Below, one piece after another: positions 29,298-37,888 of a stretch of DNA of 64,000 nt. The stretch covers positions 310,001 through 374,000 of the forward strand of contig OZ244226.1 in NCBI GenBank assembly GCA_965217035.1, in the 5' to 3' direction. This stretch comes from Bacteriovoracaceae bacterium (GTDB lineage Bacteria > Bdellovibrionota > Bacteriovoracia > Bacteriovoracales > Bacteriovoracaceae). The position numbers were made by a program, and so were the translations under genes. The notes below the pieces were generated by a model that saw nothing but the letters and a program-made list of their open reading frames with translations, was not told where the DNA came from and did not search any database. The first letter of the stretch is position 1; every line of letters begins with the position of its first letter.

Positions 29298-30035
29298 GTG
29301 CAACTAACTGAAGAACATAAACATTATTTTTTCCATCGAGGGTGGTTAAAGATTGAAAACCTTTACACCCCTGATGAGATAGAAAAAGCTAAAAAGAGTT
29401 TTGATCAATTAGAAAAAACTGCATCTGAACTCAAAACAACCCAAATTCATCATGATACTCAATTCGTCCTCGATCAAAGAGACGATGAAACTATTATTCA
29501 TCGTATTGTTTGGGCCGGAGGCTGTGAACCCTATCTTTTAGATATCGGTCAAGATCCACGGATAATAAATCTTGCTTCCCAACTCCTCGAAAGTAATGAA
29601 GTCATTCACCTTCTTAATCAAGCTCACTTTAAAAAACCTAATGACGGTGTCGAGTTCCAGTGGCACCAAGACATCCAAAATAGAGATAAGGGGAATGACA
29701 CCTGGAAAGATATTCAGGGGAATGGAAGTTATGTTCAATCGATTCTTATTCTTGATGAGATGACATTAGAAAATGGACCTCTACTTTTTGTCCCTGAAAG
29801 TGGCCTGCAAGGTAAGCTCGAAAAACCTCTAGAGGTTAATAGGGACAAAGCTATAACTATCACTGCAAAACCCGGTACAGTACTCTTTTTTGGCCCTTAT
29901 ACAGTCCACTGTTCTTTTGTAAATGAATCTGAATATTCCAGACGTGTCTTGATTAATGGTTACGCTTATCCGGGTTGCAATGGTCGCGTTTACCCTGGGT
30001 CAGGGCTTGGGATCCCTCTTAAAAAAGATATTTAG
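29298..30035 (+). CDS. Phytanoyl-CoA dioxygenase-family 2OG-Fe(II) oxygenase
   Basis: WHQD, ENGPLLFVPES, distal H (TVHCS) and R (SRRVL). Confidence 0.9.
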   Translation: MQLTEEHKHYFFHRGWLKIENLYTPDEIEKAKKSFDQLEKTASELKTTQIHHDTQFVLDQRDDETIIHRIVWAGGCEPYLLDIGQDPRIINLASQLLESNEVIHLLNQAHFKKPNDGVEFQWHQDIQNRDKGNDTWKDIQGNGSYVQSILILDEMTLENGPLLFVPESGLQGKLEKPLEVNRDKAITITAKPGTVLFFGPYTVHCSFVNESEYSRRVLINGYAYPGCNGRVYPGSGLGIPLKKDI

Positions 30036-30171
30036 AGTCTTTCGACCAACCATTTCTGTATAATGAGATTTAGCCTTGATCTATCAATCAATTCCATAAG
30101 AGTTTGAGTATGACCTGACCAGTCTCTTAAGAGAAGAGTAAAGTTTTTATAGAAATGAAAGCAAGAAAAGA

Positions 30172-30208
30172 TTTAAAGAGGTGTTATAGAATCTAACACC
30201 TCTTTAAA
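30172..30208. terminator. Long hairpin between convergent genes; terminator for the minus-strand regulator
   Basis: 15-bp stem TTTAAAGAGGTGTTA/TAACACCTCTTTAAA; U-rich tail on the minus strand. Confidence 0.75.
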
Positions 30209-30213
30209 AAATA

Positions 30214-32193
30214 TTAAGCTGCTTTTGGTAATTCGAAGATTTGAGTTTCCTCGTCGATATCCTTTTTACGTCTTGAAGATTCAATTTCTTGAATCTTCGC
30301 GAATACTTTTTCACAAGCAATGAGCTTCTTTCTTAAGGCCTCACGACTAATTCCCATCGCTTTCGCCGCACGAGATTTATTTCCTTTATGACGTTTAATT
30401 TCCGAATTAATCATCTCACGCTCAACCATAGCAATACGGTCCTTCAAATCAAGAGTATGATCATTAACAAAAGGAATTTCACTTGAAATTCTTGGATTCA
30501 TTGGTTTCTTCAAAATAGGAAGAATAGAATCATCAACCTCAGTGATAACGTGATTTTTTGGATTAAATCGAACCAAACGAGCAATCGCGGTCATAAGTTC
30601 AGTTGTGTTTCCTGGCCATTCATATTCGACGAGAGAATCTCTAATTTCATCAGAAAACACTTTTTGGAGAAAACCTTGATCCTTACATTCTTTAGCAAGA
30701 AAATAATCAATAAGTTCTTGAATATCTTTCTTTCTATTTCTAAGTGGTTCAATTTTTACAATATTTTGATTACAGAATTCATAGAACTCAGGAATCAAAT
30801 TCCCTTCAGCAACAAGTTCGTCGAGATCAATCGAGCTTGTAAAGAAAGGACGAACATCTGGATTTTCATCTTTTACTGGATTATAAAGTTTTTCAACAAG
30901 CCTTTGCTGAACAATCTTCGAAAGCTTTCCTACTTCACGAAAGCAAATACTTCCTCCTGAGCACTTTTCAATCCAACCAACGTTTTCATTAGAACCAAAG
31001 AGAATGCTTATGATTTCTTCTTCACCCATACTTAAACAATCGACCATTTCAAATTCATTAATCCCTCTCGCTCCCTCAGCATGAAGAATCCGAGTATAAA
31101 GAGACTTCCCAACACCATTCTCACCAATAAGTGTAATAGGCGTTGCAATATCTTTTAATTTAAGAATTGATCTTCTTAAATTAGAAGTATGTTGTGACTT
31201 CCCAATCCAAACGATATCTCTTGAGCAAGGAGCACTAAACCGACGGATCAATGACTTTTTTGAAACAGGGTTATACTGGCTAAAAAAGCAAGAATAAACA
31301 AGAGAAAGAAGCTTCATGACTTTCTCATCTTCTTCTGTAAATCGATCCTGGTTTCTTTTATTAGCAACCTGAAGAACTCCGATAATCTTATCTTCTCTAT
31401 TTGTAATAGGATTACAAATAACAGACTTTGTTTTTACTCCGAGCTTTTTATCAATCTTATCGAAAAACTGAATCTTGCTATGACTTGAATCAATATTTAA
31501 AGAAACACCTGTCGTAAAAACTGATCCTGCAACACCTTTTCTATAATCGAATCTAAGATGTTTCTTGCTAATACCAACCGAGTGCGAAGCCTCTAATTGA
31601 TTCGTCTCTGTATTAATAAGAAAAACAACCGCTCTTTGAGAATTCAAGATTCGACTTGTCTCTTCAAGCATCGAATCAATAAAACCTTCTTGAGAAGCAA
31701 AGTTCGTAATATCTTTGAAAAGTGAAAGCATGAGAGAAAACATCTCAAAGCCTTCAGTCAAATCAGAATAACTTTCAGAAAGAGCAAGGTTTCTTAGACT
31801 ATCTTTCAATCTTTCTTGTCCAAAGTGATTGATAAGTTGTCCAAGGAAACGACTCATTTTGTCCCTGTCTTCTGCATCATCAATCTCTGCACCGTAACTC
31901 ATTGTCGGATCATCAATATGACCTGAAAAAGCTCTTACAATATGAGCGCTAATATCAAAACGAAGTCTTCTGAAGTTAATAGATATTGTAACAGAATCAC
32001 CAATTGATAACTTCTCTTGTGACTTAAAGCCTACACCTGTGATGCTAACATCAGTTATCTGAACATCTCTTAAAAACTCTCCACGCTCTCCATAAGGGTC
32101 GTCATGTTCTACAGTGAATTGAATATCATCACTTGATTCAACTGGAATTCTAAAAGATTTAAAAAATCGAAATTCCGAAAGACTTCTAATCAT
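30214..32193 (-). CDS. PilZ-GAF-AAA+-Fis HTH regulator (degenerate sigma54-activator family)
   Basis: DVSITG (PilZ), GAF (GVAGSVFTTG…KTKSVICNPI…NKR…FTEEDE), GENGVGKS, PLRNRKKDI, YEWPGN, GNKSRAAKAMGISR; ATG 32193 with GAAGGAG SD. Confidence 0.85.
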   Translation of the reverse strand: MIRSLSEFRFFKSFRIPVESSDDIQFTVEHDDPYGERGEFLRDVQITDVSITGVGFKSQEKLSIGDSVTISINFRRLRFDISAHIVRAFSGHIDDPTMSYGAEIDDAEDRDKMSRFLGQLINHFGQERLKDSLRNLALSESYSDLTEGFEMFSLMLSLFKDITNFASQEGFIDSMLEETSRILNSQRAVVFLINTETNQLEASHSVGISKKHLRFDYRKGVAGSVFTTGVSLNIDSSHSKIQFFDKIDKKLGVKTKSVICNPITNREDKIIGVLQVANKRNQDRFTEEDEKVMKLLSLVYSCFFSQYNPVSKKSLIRRFSAPCSRDIVWIGKSQHTSNLRRSILKLKDIATPITLIGENGVGKSLYTRILHAEGARGINEFEMVDCLSMGEEEIISILFGSNENVGWIEKCSGGSICFREVGKLSKIVQQRLVEKLYNPVKDENPDVRPFFTSSIDLDELVAEGNLIPEFYEFCNQNIVKIEPLRNRKKDIQELIDYFLAKECKDQGFLQKVFSDEIRDSLVEYEWPGNTTELMTAIARLVRFNPKNHVITEVDDSILPILKKPMNPRISSEIPFVNDHTLDLKDRIAMVEREMINSEIKRHKGNKSRAAKAMGISREALRKKLIACEKVFAKIQEIESSRRKKDIDEETQIFELPKAA

Positions 32194-32255
32194 TATAGGC
32201 TCCTTCAATAATTATTGCCGATGATCCATGGCAAAATTCTTTATAGTCATACTGC

Positions 32256-32283
32256 CTATCGGAGTTGGCGCCAAAAAAATTTA
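32256..32283 (-). promoter_or_regulatory. Sigma28 (FliA)-like promoter
   Basis: TAAA-16-TCCGATAG upstream of the PilZ-GAF regulator. Confidence 0.6.
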
Positions 32284-32317
32284 GCAGTTTTCGCGAGAGT
32301 CGGAGTAACTCGCTCGG

Positions 32318-33013
32318 TTATCGTTTTGTTACTGAGGCCGGTTTCTTTTTTTTTACTTTTTGAAGATCGCGCATTTGAACTTGTATCATCTCCCAAACGC
32401 CCTTGTTAGGACCTTTTTTATAAATCTTCGTGTGTTTACTGAGGCGCTGAATAAAGTCCATTGGCATGTCTTTTTGGACCATATTAATCACCCAATCAGG
32501 AATAGAACCTTTTGGATCAACATGAACCTCCATATAAAATTTGGACTTTCCATTAAAGGGTTTGAATCGGAAGTTTGCAAATTTGATTTGCGCCCTCACA
32601 TAAGTATCATTTGGGGGGTATTTTTTATGTTCTATAGAGCTTGATTTAACCACTAACTCCATAGTCTTGGGATCATAATGAAGCTTATTAGTCACAACCA
32701 TATCACGATTCTTTAATGGCCATGGCATATCAACAACACTGTAGGTGATGGCTTCAATATCTGAAATATCTTCAATCGTAATTTTCTTCTTAAGTGCTTG
32801 ATCCCATGCTGTCGCCTCTTCAACATCTCTAAGAACGGCAAGTGCCTTCCCATAAGACATATCAACAATTCCCTCTGCTTTAAAAGCAAGGAGGCTTGAA
32901 CCCTCAATTTCTCTTGAATAAACTGCAACACCTTTTTCTGATCGAATCTTTTCCCAAGAAAAGACTGAAAAAGATGAACAAAAAACAACGAACAATAGAG
33001 GCAACTTCATCAT
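32318..33013 (-). CDS. Secreted START-domain lipid-binding protein
   Basis: WEKIRSEKGVAVYSR, MPWPLKNRDMV, VDPKGSIPDWVIN. Confidence 0.9.
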   Translation of the reverse strand: MMKLPLLFVVFCSSFSVFSWEKIRSEKGVAVYSREIEGSSLLAFKAEGIVDMSYGKALAVLRDVEEATAWDQALKKKITIEDISDIEAITYSVVDMPWPLKNRDMVVTNKLHYDPKTMELVVKSSSIEHKKYPPNDTYVRAQIKFANFRFKPFNGKSKFYMEVHVDPKGSIPDWVINMVQKDMPMDFIQRLSKHTKIYKKGPNKGVWEMIQVQMRDLQKVKKKKPASVTKR

Positions 33014-33020
33014 TAAAAGC

Positions 33021-33048
33021 TTATCGAACTTCGAGCAAAAAAGCTTAA
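33021..33048 (-). promoter_or_regulatory. Sigma28-like promoter, leaderless
   Basis: TTAAG-15-TTCGATAA-7 nt-ATG. Confidence 0.55.
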
Positions 33049-33089
33049 ATTCAGTGTTAATATTGAATTAATTTCAGTTTAGATAAATT

Positions 33090-33117
33090 TAAAGCCTCTT
33101 ATTTCTTTTTCCGATAA
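33090..33117 (+). promoter_or_regulatory. Sigma28-like promoter, leaderless
   Basis: TAAAG-15-TCCGATAA-7 nt-ATG. Confidence 0.65.
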
Positions 33118-33124
33118 GATCGAT

Positions 33125-34273
33125 ATGAAATTCCTTCTTCTTTTATTTTCTTTGGCAAGTGCTCATGCCCTTGAGATGGATTGCGTTTTATTAATAAAAG
33201 AAAATGGACCTGAATATTTAAAACTCGTTTCAGATTTTCATGATTCTTTCAATTTTGTTTATCGCGCTCCAGAAGATATTGAGTTAAAAAGAACAAATCT
33301 AAACTTGGCCGAAAAAATTCTCGCTGCTAACAAAGTCGGATATAAATACTCTGAGAACAATGAGTTTCTTATCATTCTTGCTGACAAAAATGCGAATCAT
33401 CCTCTTAATAAACTCGCAGTATCAATGAAGAAAAAAATGAAGATTGAAATCCGTTACGTTCCAGGTAAAAACCCTCATTATTATCTCGATACGAGAACTT
33501 TGAAACCAATCTCTATCAATATAGGACCCGATGCCCTATTAGCAGTTAGCACTCGAGATCAGTCTTTACTGCATGAAATTTCGCATGCTGATAACTTTAG
33601 TAAAAAAAAACTACTTCAAAGCGTATCAATTAAAGGAGATATAGGACTCAAAACTGTAGACACCTATAAAGTTCTGAATCTTGATGAGTTAGAAACTTAC
33701 CCTTACTCTCTTTACTTAAGACTCCGAGAGTTTCAAAAAACGGTTGATAATTCTTCCTTACTCTCAAATACTCCTGATTTTTTCGATCACTTAATTAGAC
33801 ACCAACTGAAATCAATTGAAACCTATGCTCAGTCCTATACTGAGATGTTAGAAGGAGCACTTAAAACTTCTCAGGATGTCATTGATCATCTCGATCTCTT
33901 CGGAATGATCCAATCAGTAAAGATGAAGGATCATATCAAAGTTGGAATAGAGCTGAATAGTGGAATTGAACTAGTTACAAATATCTACACTAAGAAATCA
34001 CTAAACGAGGCACAAATAGCTGATCAAGTCAGAAAAAAGTTTGTTCGTATAAAAAACCTTATTAATGGGATGACACCTTTATTTCATGAATTAATTGACG
34101 ATTTGGAACCACTTGAGCAATTCATTGTAAGAGAGATTGTCTCAGAAGACACAACTATGGCTTCTTCTCGAATGGCATTAGATGAAAACATTAAAAAATT
34201 CAATGAAATTAACAAAAAAGCAAAAACTTCGGCTGAAAAAGTCTTAAGCTACGTAAAAGAATTCAATAACTAA
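33125..34273 (+). CDS. Secreted hypothetical protein with an HExxH motif
   Basis: Signal peptide ending AHA; LLHEISHAD plus downstream LDELE. Confidence 0.75.
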   Translation: MKFLLLLFSLASAHALEMDCVLLIKENGPEYLKLVSDFHDSFNFVYRAPEDIELKRTNLNLAEKILAANKVGYKYSENNEFLIILADKNANHPLNKLAVSMKKKMKIEIRYVPGKNPHYYLDTRTLKPISINIGPDALLAVSTRDQSLLHEISHADNFSKKKLLQSVSIKGDIGLKTVDTYKVLNLDELETYPYSLYLRLREFQKTVDNSSLLSNTPDFFDHLIRHQLKSIETYAQSYTEMLEGALKTSQDVIDHLDLFGMIQSVKMKDHIKVGIELNSGIELVTNIYTKKSLNEAQIADQVRKKFVRIKNLINGMTPLFHELIDDLEPLEQFIVREIVSEDTTMASSRMALDENIKKFNEINKKAKTSAEKVLSYVKEFNN

Positions 34274-35664
34274 AAACTCGCATTCTTAGGAAAACGAGGA
34301 AATGGAATCGTATCTCTGATATTTTGAACACCAGTTATATACATAACGGCCCTCTCAAACCCCATTCCGAACCCTGCATGAGGGCATCCACCAAATCTTC
34401 TAAGATCGAGATACCACCAATATTCTTCTTCATTGAGTCCTTTCTCTTTCATTTTTCTCTTAAGAACTTCAAGATTATCTTCTCTTTGTGAACCACCCAT
34501 TAGCTCACCAACACCTGGAACAAGAACATCCATCGCCCGGACAGTTTTACCATCTTTATTTTCTTTCATATAAAAAGATTTAATCTCTTTAGGATAATCA
34601 GTCACAATGACAGGAGCTTTATAATGCTCTTCTGTTAAATATCTTTCGTGCTCAGTTTGAAGATCAGCTCCCCACTCCACTTTGTATTCGAATTTCTTAC
34701 CACTGGCCTTTAAAATATCGACAGCTTCGGTATAAGTAACTCTTTGAAATTCAGACTTTACAACATGTTCAAGTGTCTCTTTAAGACCTTTTTGAATTCT
34801 TAAATTGAAAAACTCGATCTCATCTGGGCATTTTTCCAGGGCCCAATTGATAAGGTATTTAATATAGTCTGCAGCTAATAACGCAACATCATCAAGATCA
34901 GCGAAAGCGACTTCAGGCTCGATCATCCAAAACTCTGCTAAGTGTCTCGCTGTATTAGAATTTTCAGATCTAAAAGTAGGACCAAAAGTATAAACAGCTC
35001 CTAAGCTTAAAGCTAATGCTTCAGCTTCAAGTTGCCCAGAAACACAGAGAAAAGTTTCTGTCCCGAAATAATCTTTACCAAAATCAACACTTCCTTTATC
35101 ATTTTTAGGAGCTTCCCCTGCTGGAAGAGTTGAAACTCTAAACAAATCTCCAGCCCCTTCACAGTCTGAAGCTGTAATGATCGGAGTATGAGCATAATAA
35201 TAACCTCGATCATGAAAGAATTGATGTGTGGCCATCGCAAGATGGTGACGAACTCTTAAAACATTTGAAATAGTATTAGAGCGACCACGGACATGAGCGA
35301 CTTCTCTTAAGAACTCTAATGAAGTTGCTTTTTTCTGAAGAGGATAATCTTCAGGAGCCTCTCCAACAATCTCAACTTCGATTGCTTGCATTTCAAGCGG
35401 TTGTTTCCCCCCAGAAGGAACAATTTTCCCTTTAACACTAATAGCAAACCCTGTTCTCATCGCAGAGATAGCTTCATAATTCGCAAGATCATCATTTGCA
35501 ATAATTTGAAGATCTTTAAAACAACTACCATCATTCAAAATAACGAATGAAAAAGCTTTTGAGTTTCTAATACTTTTCAGCCAACCCTTTACAATAACTT
35601 CTTTTTCAAAAAACTCTTCTGGTTTGGAAAATAACTCTTTTATTAAAACTCTTCTCATAATCAA
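34270..35664 (-). CDS. asnS: Asparagine--tRNA ligase
   Basis: DCEGAGDLF, VSGQLEAE, FRSENSNTARHLAEFWMIEPE, GGSQRE, PHAGFGMGFER. Confidence 0.97.
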   Translation of the reverse strand: MIMRRVLIKELFSKPEEFFEKEVIVKGWLKSIRNSKAFSFVILNDGSCFKDLQIIANDDLANYEAISAMRTGFAISVKGKIVPSGGKQPLEMQAIEVEIVGEAPEDYPLQKKATSLEFLREVAHVRGRSNTISNVLRVRHHLAMATHQFFHDRGYYYAHTPIITASDCEGAGDLFRVSTLPAGEAPKNDKGSVDFGKDYFGTETFLCVSGQLEAEALALSLGAVYTFGPTFRSENSNTARHLAEFWMIEPEVAFADLDDVALLAADYIKYLINWALEKCPDEIEFFNLRIQKGLKETLEHVVKSEFQRVTYTEAVDILKASGKKFEYKVEWGADLQTEHERYLTEEHYKAPVIVTDYPKEIKSFYMKENKDGKTVRAMDVLVPGVGELMGGSQREDNLEVLKRKMKEKGLNEEEYWWYLDLRRFGGCPHAGFGMGFERAVMYITGVQNIRDTIPFPRFPKNASF

Positions 35665-35665
35665 C

Positions 35666-36673
35666 CTATCTTAAATGATTCCCTTTAAATTCTTTAATTG
35701 TTTCTAAAACCTTGTCTTTAGAAAGTCTTGGACCAAATTGCGAAACAACCTTAGAACTTAAAAAGCAAGCCAATCTTCCAGCATGTTGTTCAGTCATTTG
35801 ATTCATGATCCCATACATATAGGCTCCAGCAAACATATCTCCTGCTCCATTAGCATCAACGGCCTTTACAGGAAATCCTTCAATACTAAACCGTTCACCT
35901 TTATTACAAACAAAAGCTCCATTGCTCCCCAACGTAATAACAAAATGAGAAACAATATCCGCTATTTTTTCAATCGCATCTTCAAGATCAGTTTCTTCTA
36001 CGATACTTAATGACTCCTCTTCATTACAAAAAAGAAGATCAACTCCTAAATCAAGAATTTCTTTAAATTGAGGTTTGAAGTGCGCGACAATTCCTGGGTC
36101 AGAAAGTGTAAGCGCAATTTTCACCCCATGATTTTTAGCCAAAGCAATACTTTCTTTGATTGCAATCATAGCATCGGGATTAGTAACTAAATAACCTTCG
36201 ACATAAAGGTATTTAGATTTCTTTAAAGCTTCGTTATCAAGTTCATCTTTAGAAAATCTTCCTGTAACCCCAAGATAGGTACTCATCGATCTTTCAGCAT
36301 CAGGAGTTACCATGACAATACATTTTCCTGTTATATCAGCTGGAAGTGAGTCTATTTTCTCTTTATGGGCAACCCCATTTTCAGCAAGATCATGAAGGTA
36401 AAACCGACCATCGTCGTCTCCAGCAACTTTACAACAATAAAACCCCTTCCCTCCTAATTGAGAGAAAGCAATAATGGTGTTTGCAGCAGATCCACCTGAT
36501 TGTTTCTTATCAGAAGCTTGGGAAAGACCATTTAAGATTTCTTTCATCCGATCATCATCGATTAAGGTCATATGCCCTTTATCAATTGAGAGTTGATTCA
36601 ATAAATCGTCTCCAACCTTATATTCAAAATCTACCAGTGCATTACCTAGCGCATAAACATCAAAACTCGACAC
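35666..36673 (-). CDS. PfkB-family kinase (adenosine/inosine kinase-like)
   Basis: GNALVD, GGSAANT, TPDAERSM, CNEEE, DANGAGDMFAG. Confidence 0.92.
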   Translation of the reverse strand: MSSFDVYALGNALVDFEYKVGDDLLNQLSIDKGHMTLIDDDRMKEILNGLSQASDKKQSGGSAANTIIAFSQLGGKGFYCCKVAGDDDGRFYLHDLAENGVAHKEKIDSLPADITGKCIVMVTPDAERSMSTYLGVTGRFSKDELDNEALKKSKYLYVEGYLVTNPDAMIAIKESIALAKNHGVKIALTLSDPGIVAHFKPQFKEILDLGVDLLFCNEEESLSIVEETDLEDAIEKIADIVSHFVITLGSNGAFVCNKGERFSIEGFPVKAVDANGAGDMFAGAYMYGIMNQMTEQHAGRLACFLSSKVVSQFGPRLSKDKVLETIKEFKGNHLR

Positions 36674-36726
36674 ATGATCTCCTAAAATTGACAGATATCT
36701 AAAGGCCCTATATTAACAAAATTACA

Positions 36727-37365
36727 ATGGATAAGGGAATAAATACCGAACCGAAAAAAGGAAAAACCAAGCAAAAGATCGTTCAGGCGGCCATTAAGTG
36801 CTTTGGAAAAACAGGGGTGGAACAGACCAAACTGATCGATATCGCGGCCGAGGCTGGCATCAATCATTCGCTTGTTCTCTATCATTATAAAACCTTCGAT
36901 GAGATTGCTTATGCAGCCATTGGAACTCTGGTTCAAGAGTACTTCGAAGCTCTTCACAAATTTGAAGGCCAAACGATCTCAGATCCCAAATTACACCTCA
37001 ATAGTTATATTCTGACCCATTTCCTTCTCGCAAAGAAGAGTCGAACTCGCTTTAGCGTTTGGCTTCACTTTTATTATAAAGCCTCACTAGATGACAAATA
37101 CCGAAAACTCCTTCAATTGATCCGTCTAAACTCAATGAATCGAGTTAAAATGATTCTTGCTCAATATTTTGAGCAAGAAACAGTTCAACTTTCAGCGAAA
37201 AAACTCGATGATGCAGTGATGTTCGTTTTGGGAATTATTAGTGGAAATGTTATCCTCGCCTTAACTGGAGAAAACTCTGCTCTGGAAACCTACGGAAAAA
37301 TGACAGTGAACACTGTAAATAATTACCTAGAATCCCTATTCGGTAACGCAAATTTTTCACACTAA
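36727..37365 (+). CDS. TetR/AcrR-family transcriptional regulator
   Basis: IVQAAIKCFGKTGVEQTKLIDIAAEAGINHSLVLYHYKT. Confidence 0.9.
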   Translation: MDKGINTEPKKGKTKQKIVQAAIKCFGKTGVEQTKLIDIAAEAGINHSLVLYHYKTFDEIAYAAIGTLVQEYFEALHKFEGQTISDPKLHLNSYILTHFLLAKKSRTRFSVWLHFYYKASLDDKYRKLLQLIRLNSMNRVKMILAQYFEQETVQLSAKKLDDAVMFVLGIISGNVILALTGENSALETYGKMTVNTVNNYLESLFGNANFSH

Positions 37366-37437
37366 CGCAGAGCTCCTTAATTAAAATCTCTAGTTAGGCT
37401 ATAAGCCCCTAAATTAATCAAACCGGCGGGGGCTTTC

Positions 37438-37842
37438 GTGAAATCACTCTTAATACTACTGATTCTTTTATCAACATCTGCATTTGCCGTTGATTACCAA
37501 TCAGAACTCAATGACTACGCGATTGTCAAAGAAGTTGCTAGAGAGATTCGAGAAGAACTTTATCAAAAGAATCATGATGATGTTTATACAGATATAAAAA
37601 CAGCTGATAGCGAATTCCTTGCTGAATATCTCTCAAAAAATTATCCCGGTTACTATGAACAGATTTTGAGTGATGATCAAATAGAGGAACTTGAAGAATG
37701 TGTCACTGCGCGATCTTGTAATCTCTATGCCATTTTTGCAGAGTCATCTTATATGGGTGGCTATGGAACAGAAACTCATTTCGTCATCATCTACAAAAAT
37801 GAGCCTGTTAGAGTTATTAAGCAACGAACTTACTCTGAATAA
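37438..37842 (+). CDS. Secreted acidic hypothetical protein
   Basis: GTG start, signal peptide ending AFA, Cys pair. Confidence 0.75.
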   Translation: MKSLLILLILLSTSAFAVDYQSELNDYAIVKEVAREIREELYQKNHDDVYTDIKTADSEFLAEYLSKNYPGYYEQILSDDQIEELEECVTARSCNLYAIFAESSYMGGYGTETHFVIIYKNEPVRVIKQRTYSE

Positions 37843-37888
37843 AAACTGACCAACTTAATCAAAAGGCTACTCATTCCGAGTAGTCTTT

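Noticed and set aside
30032..30097. Minus-strand 21-aa ORF MELIDRSRLNLIIQKWLVERL
   Set aside because: No SD or convincing promoter, lies just after a terminator; consistent with chance
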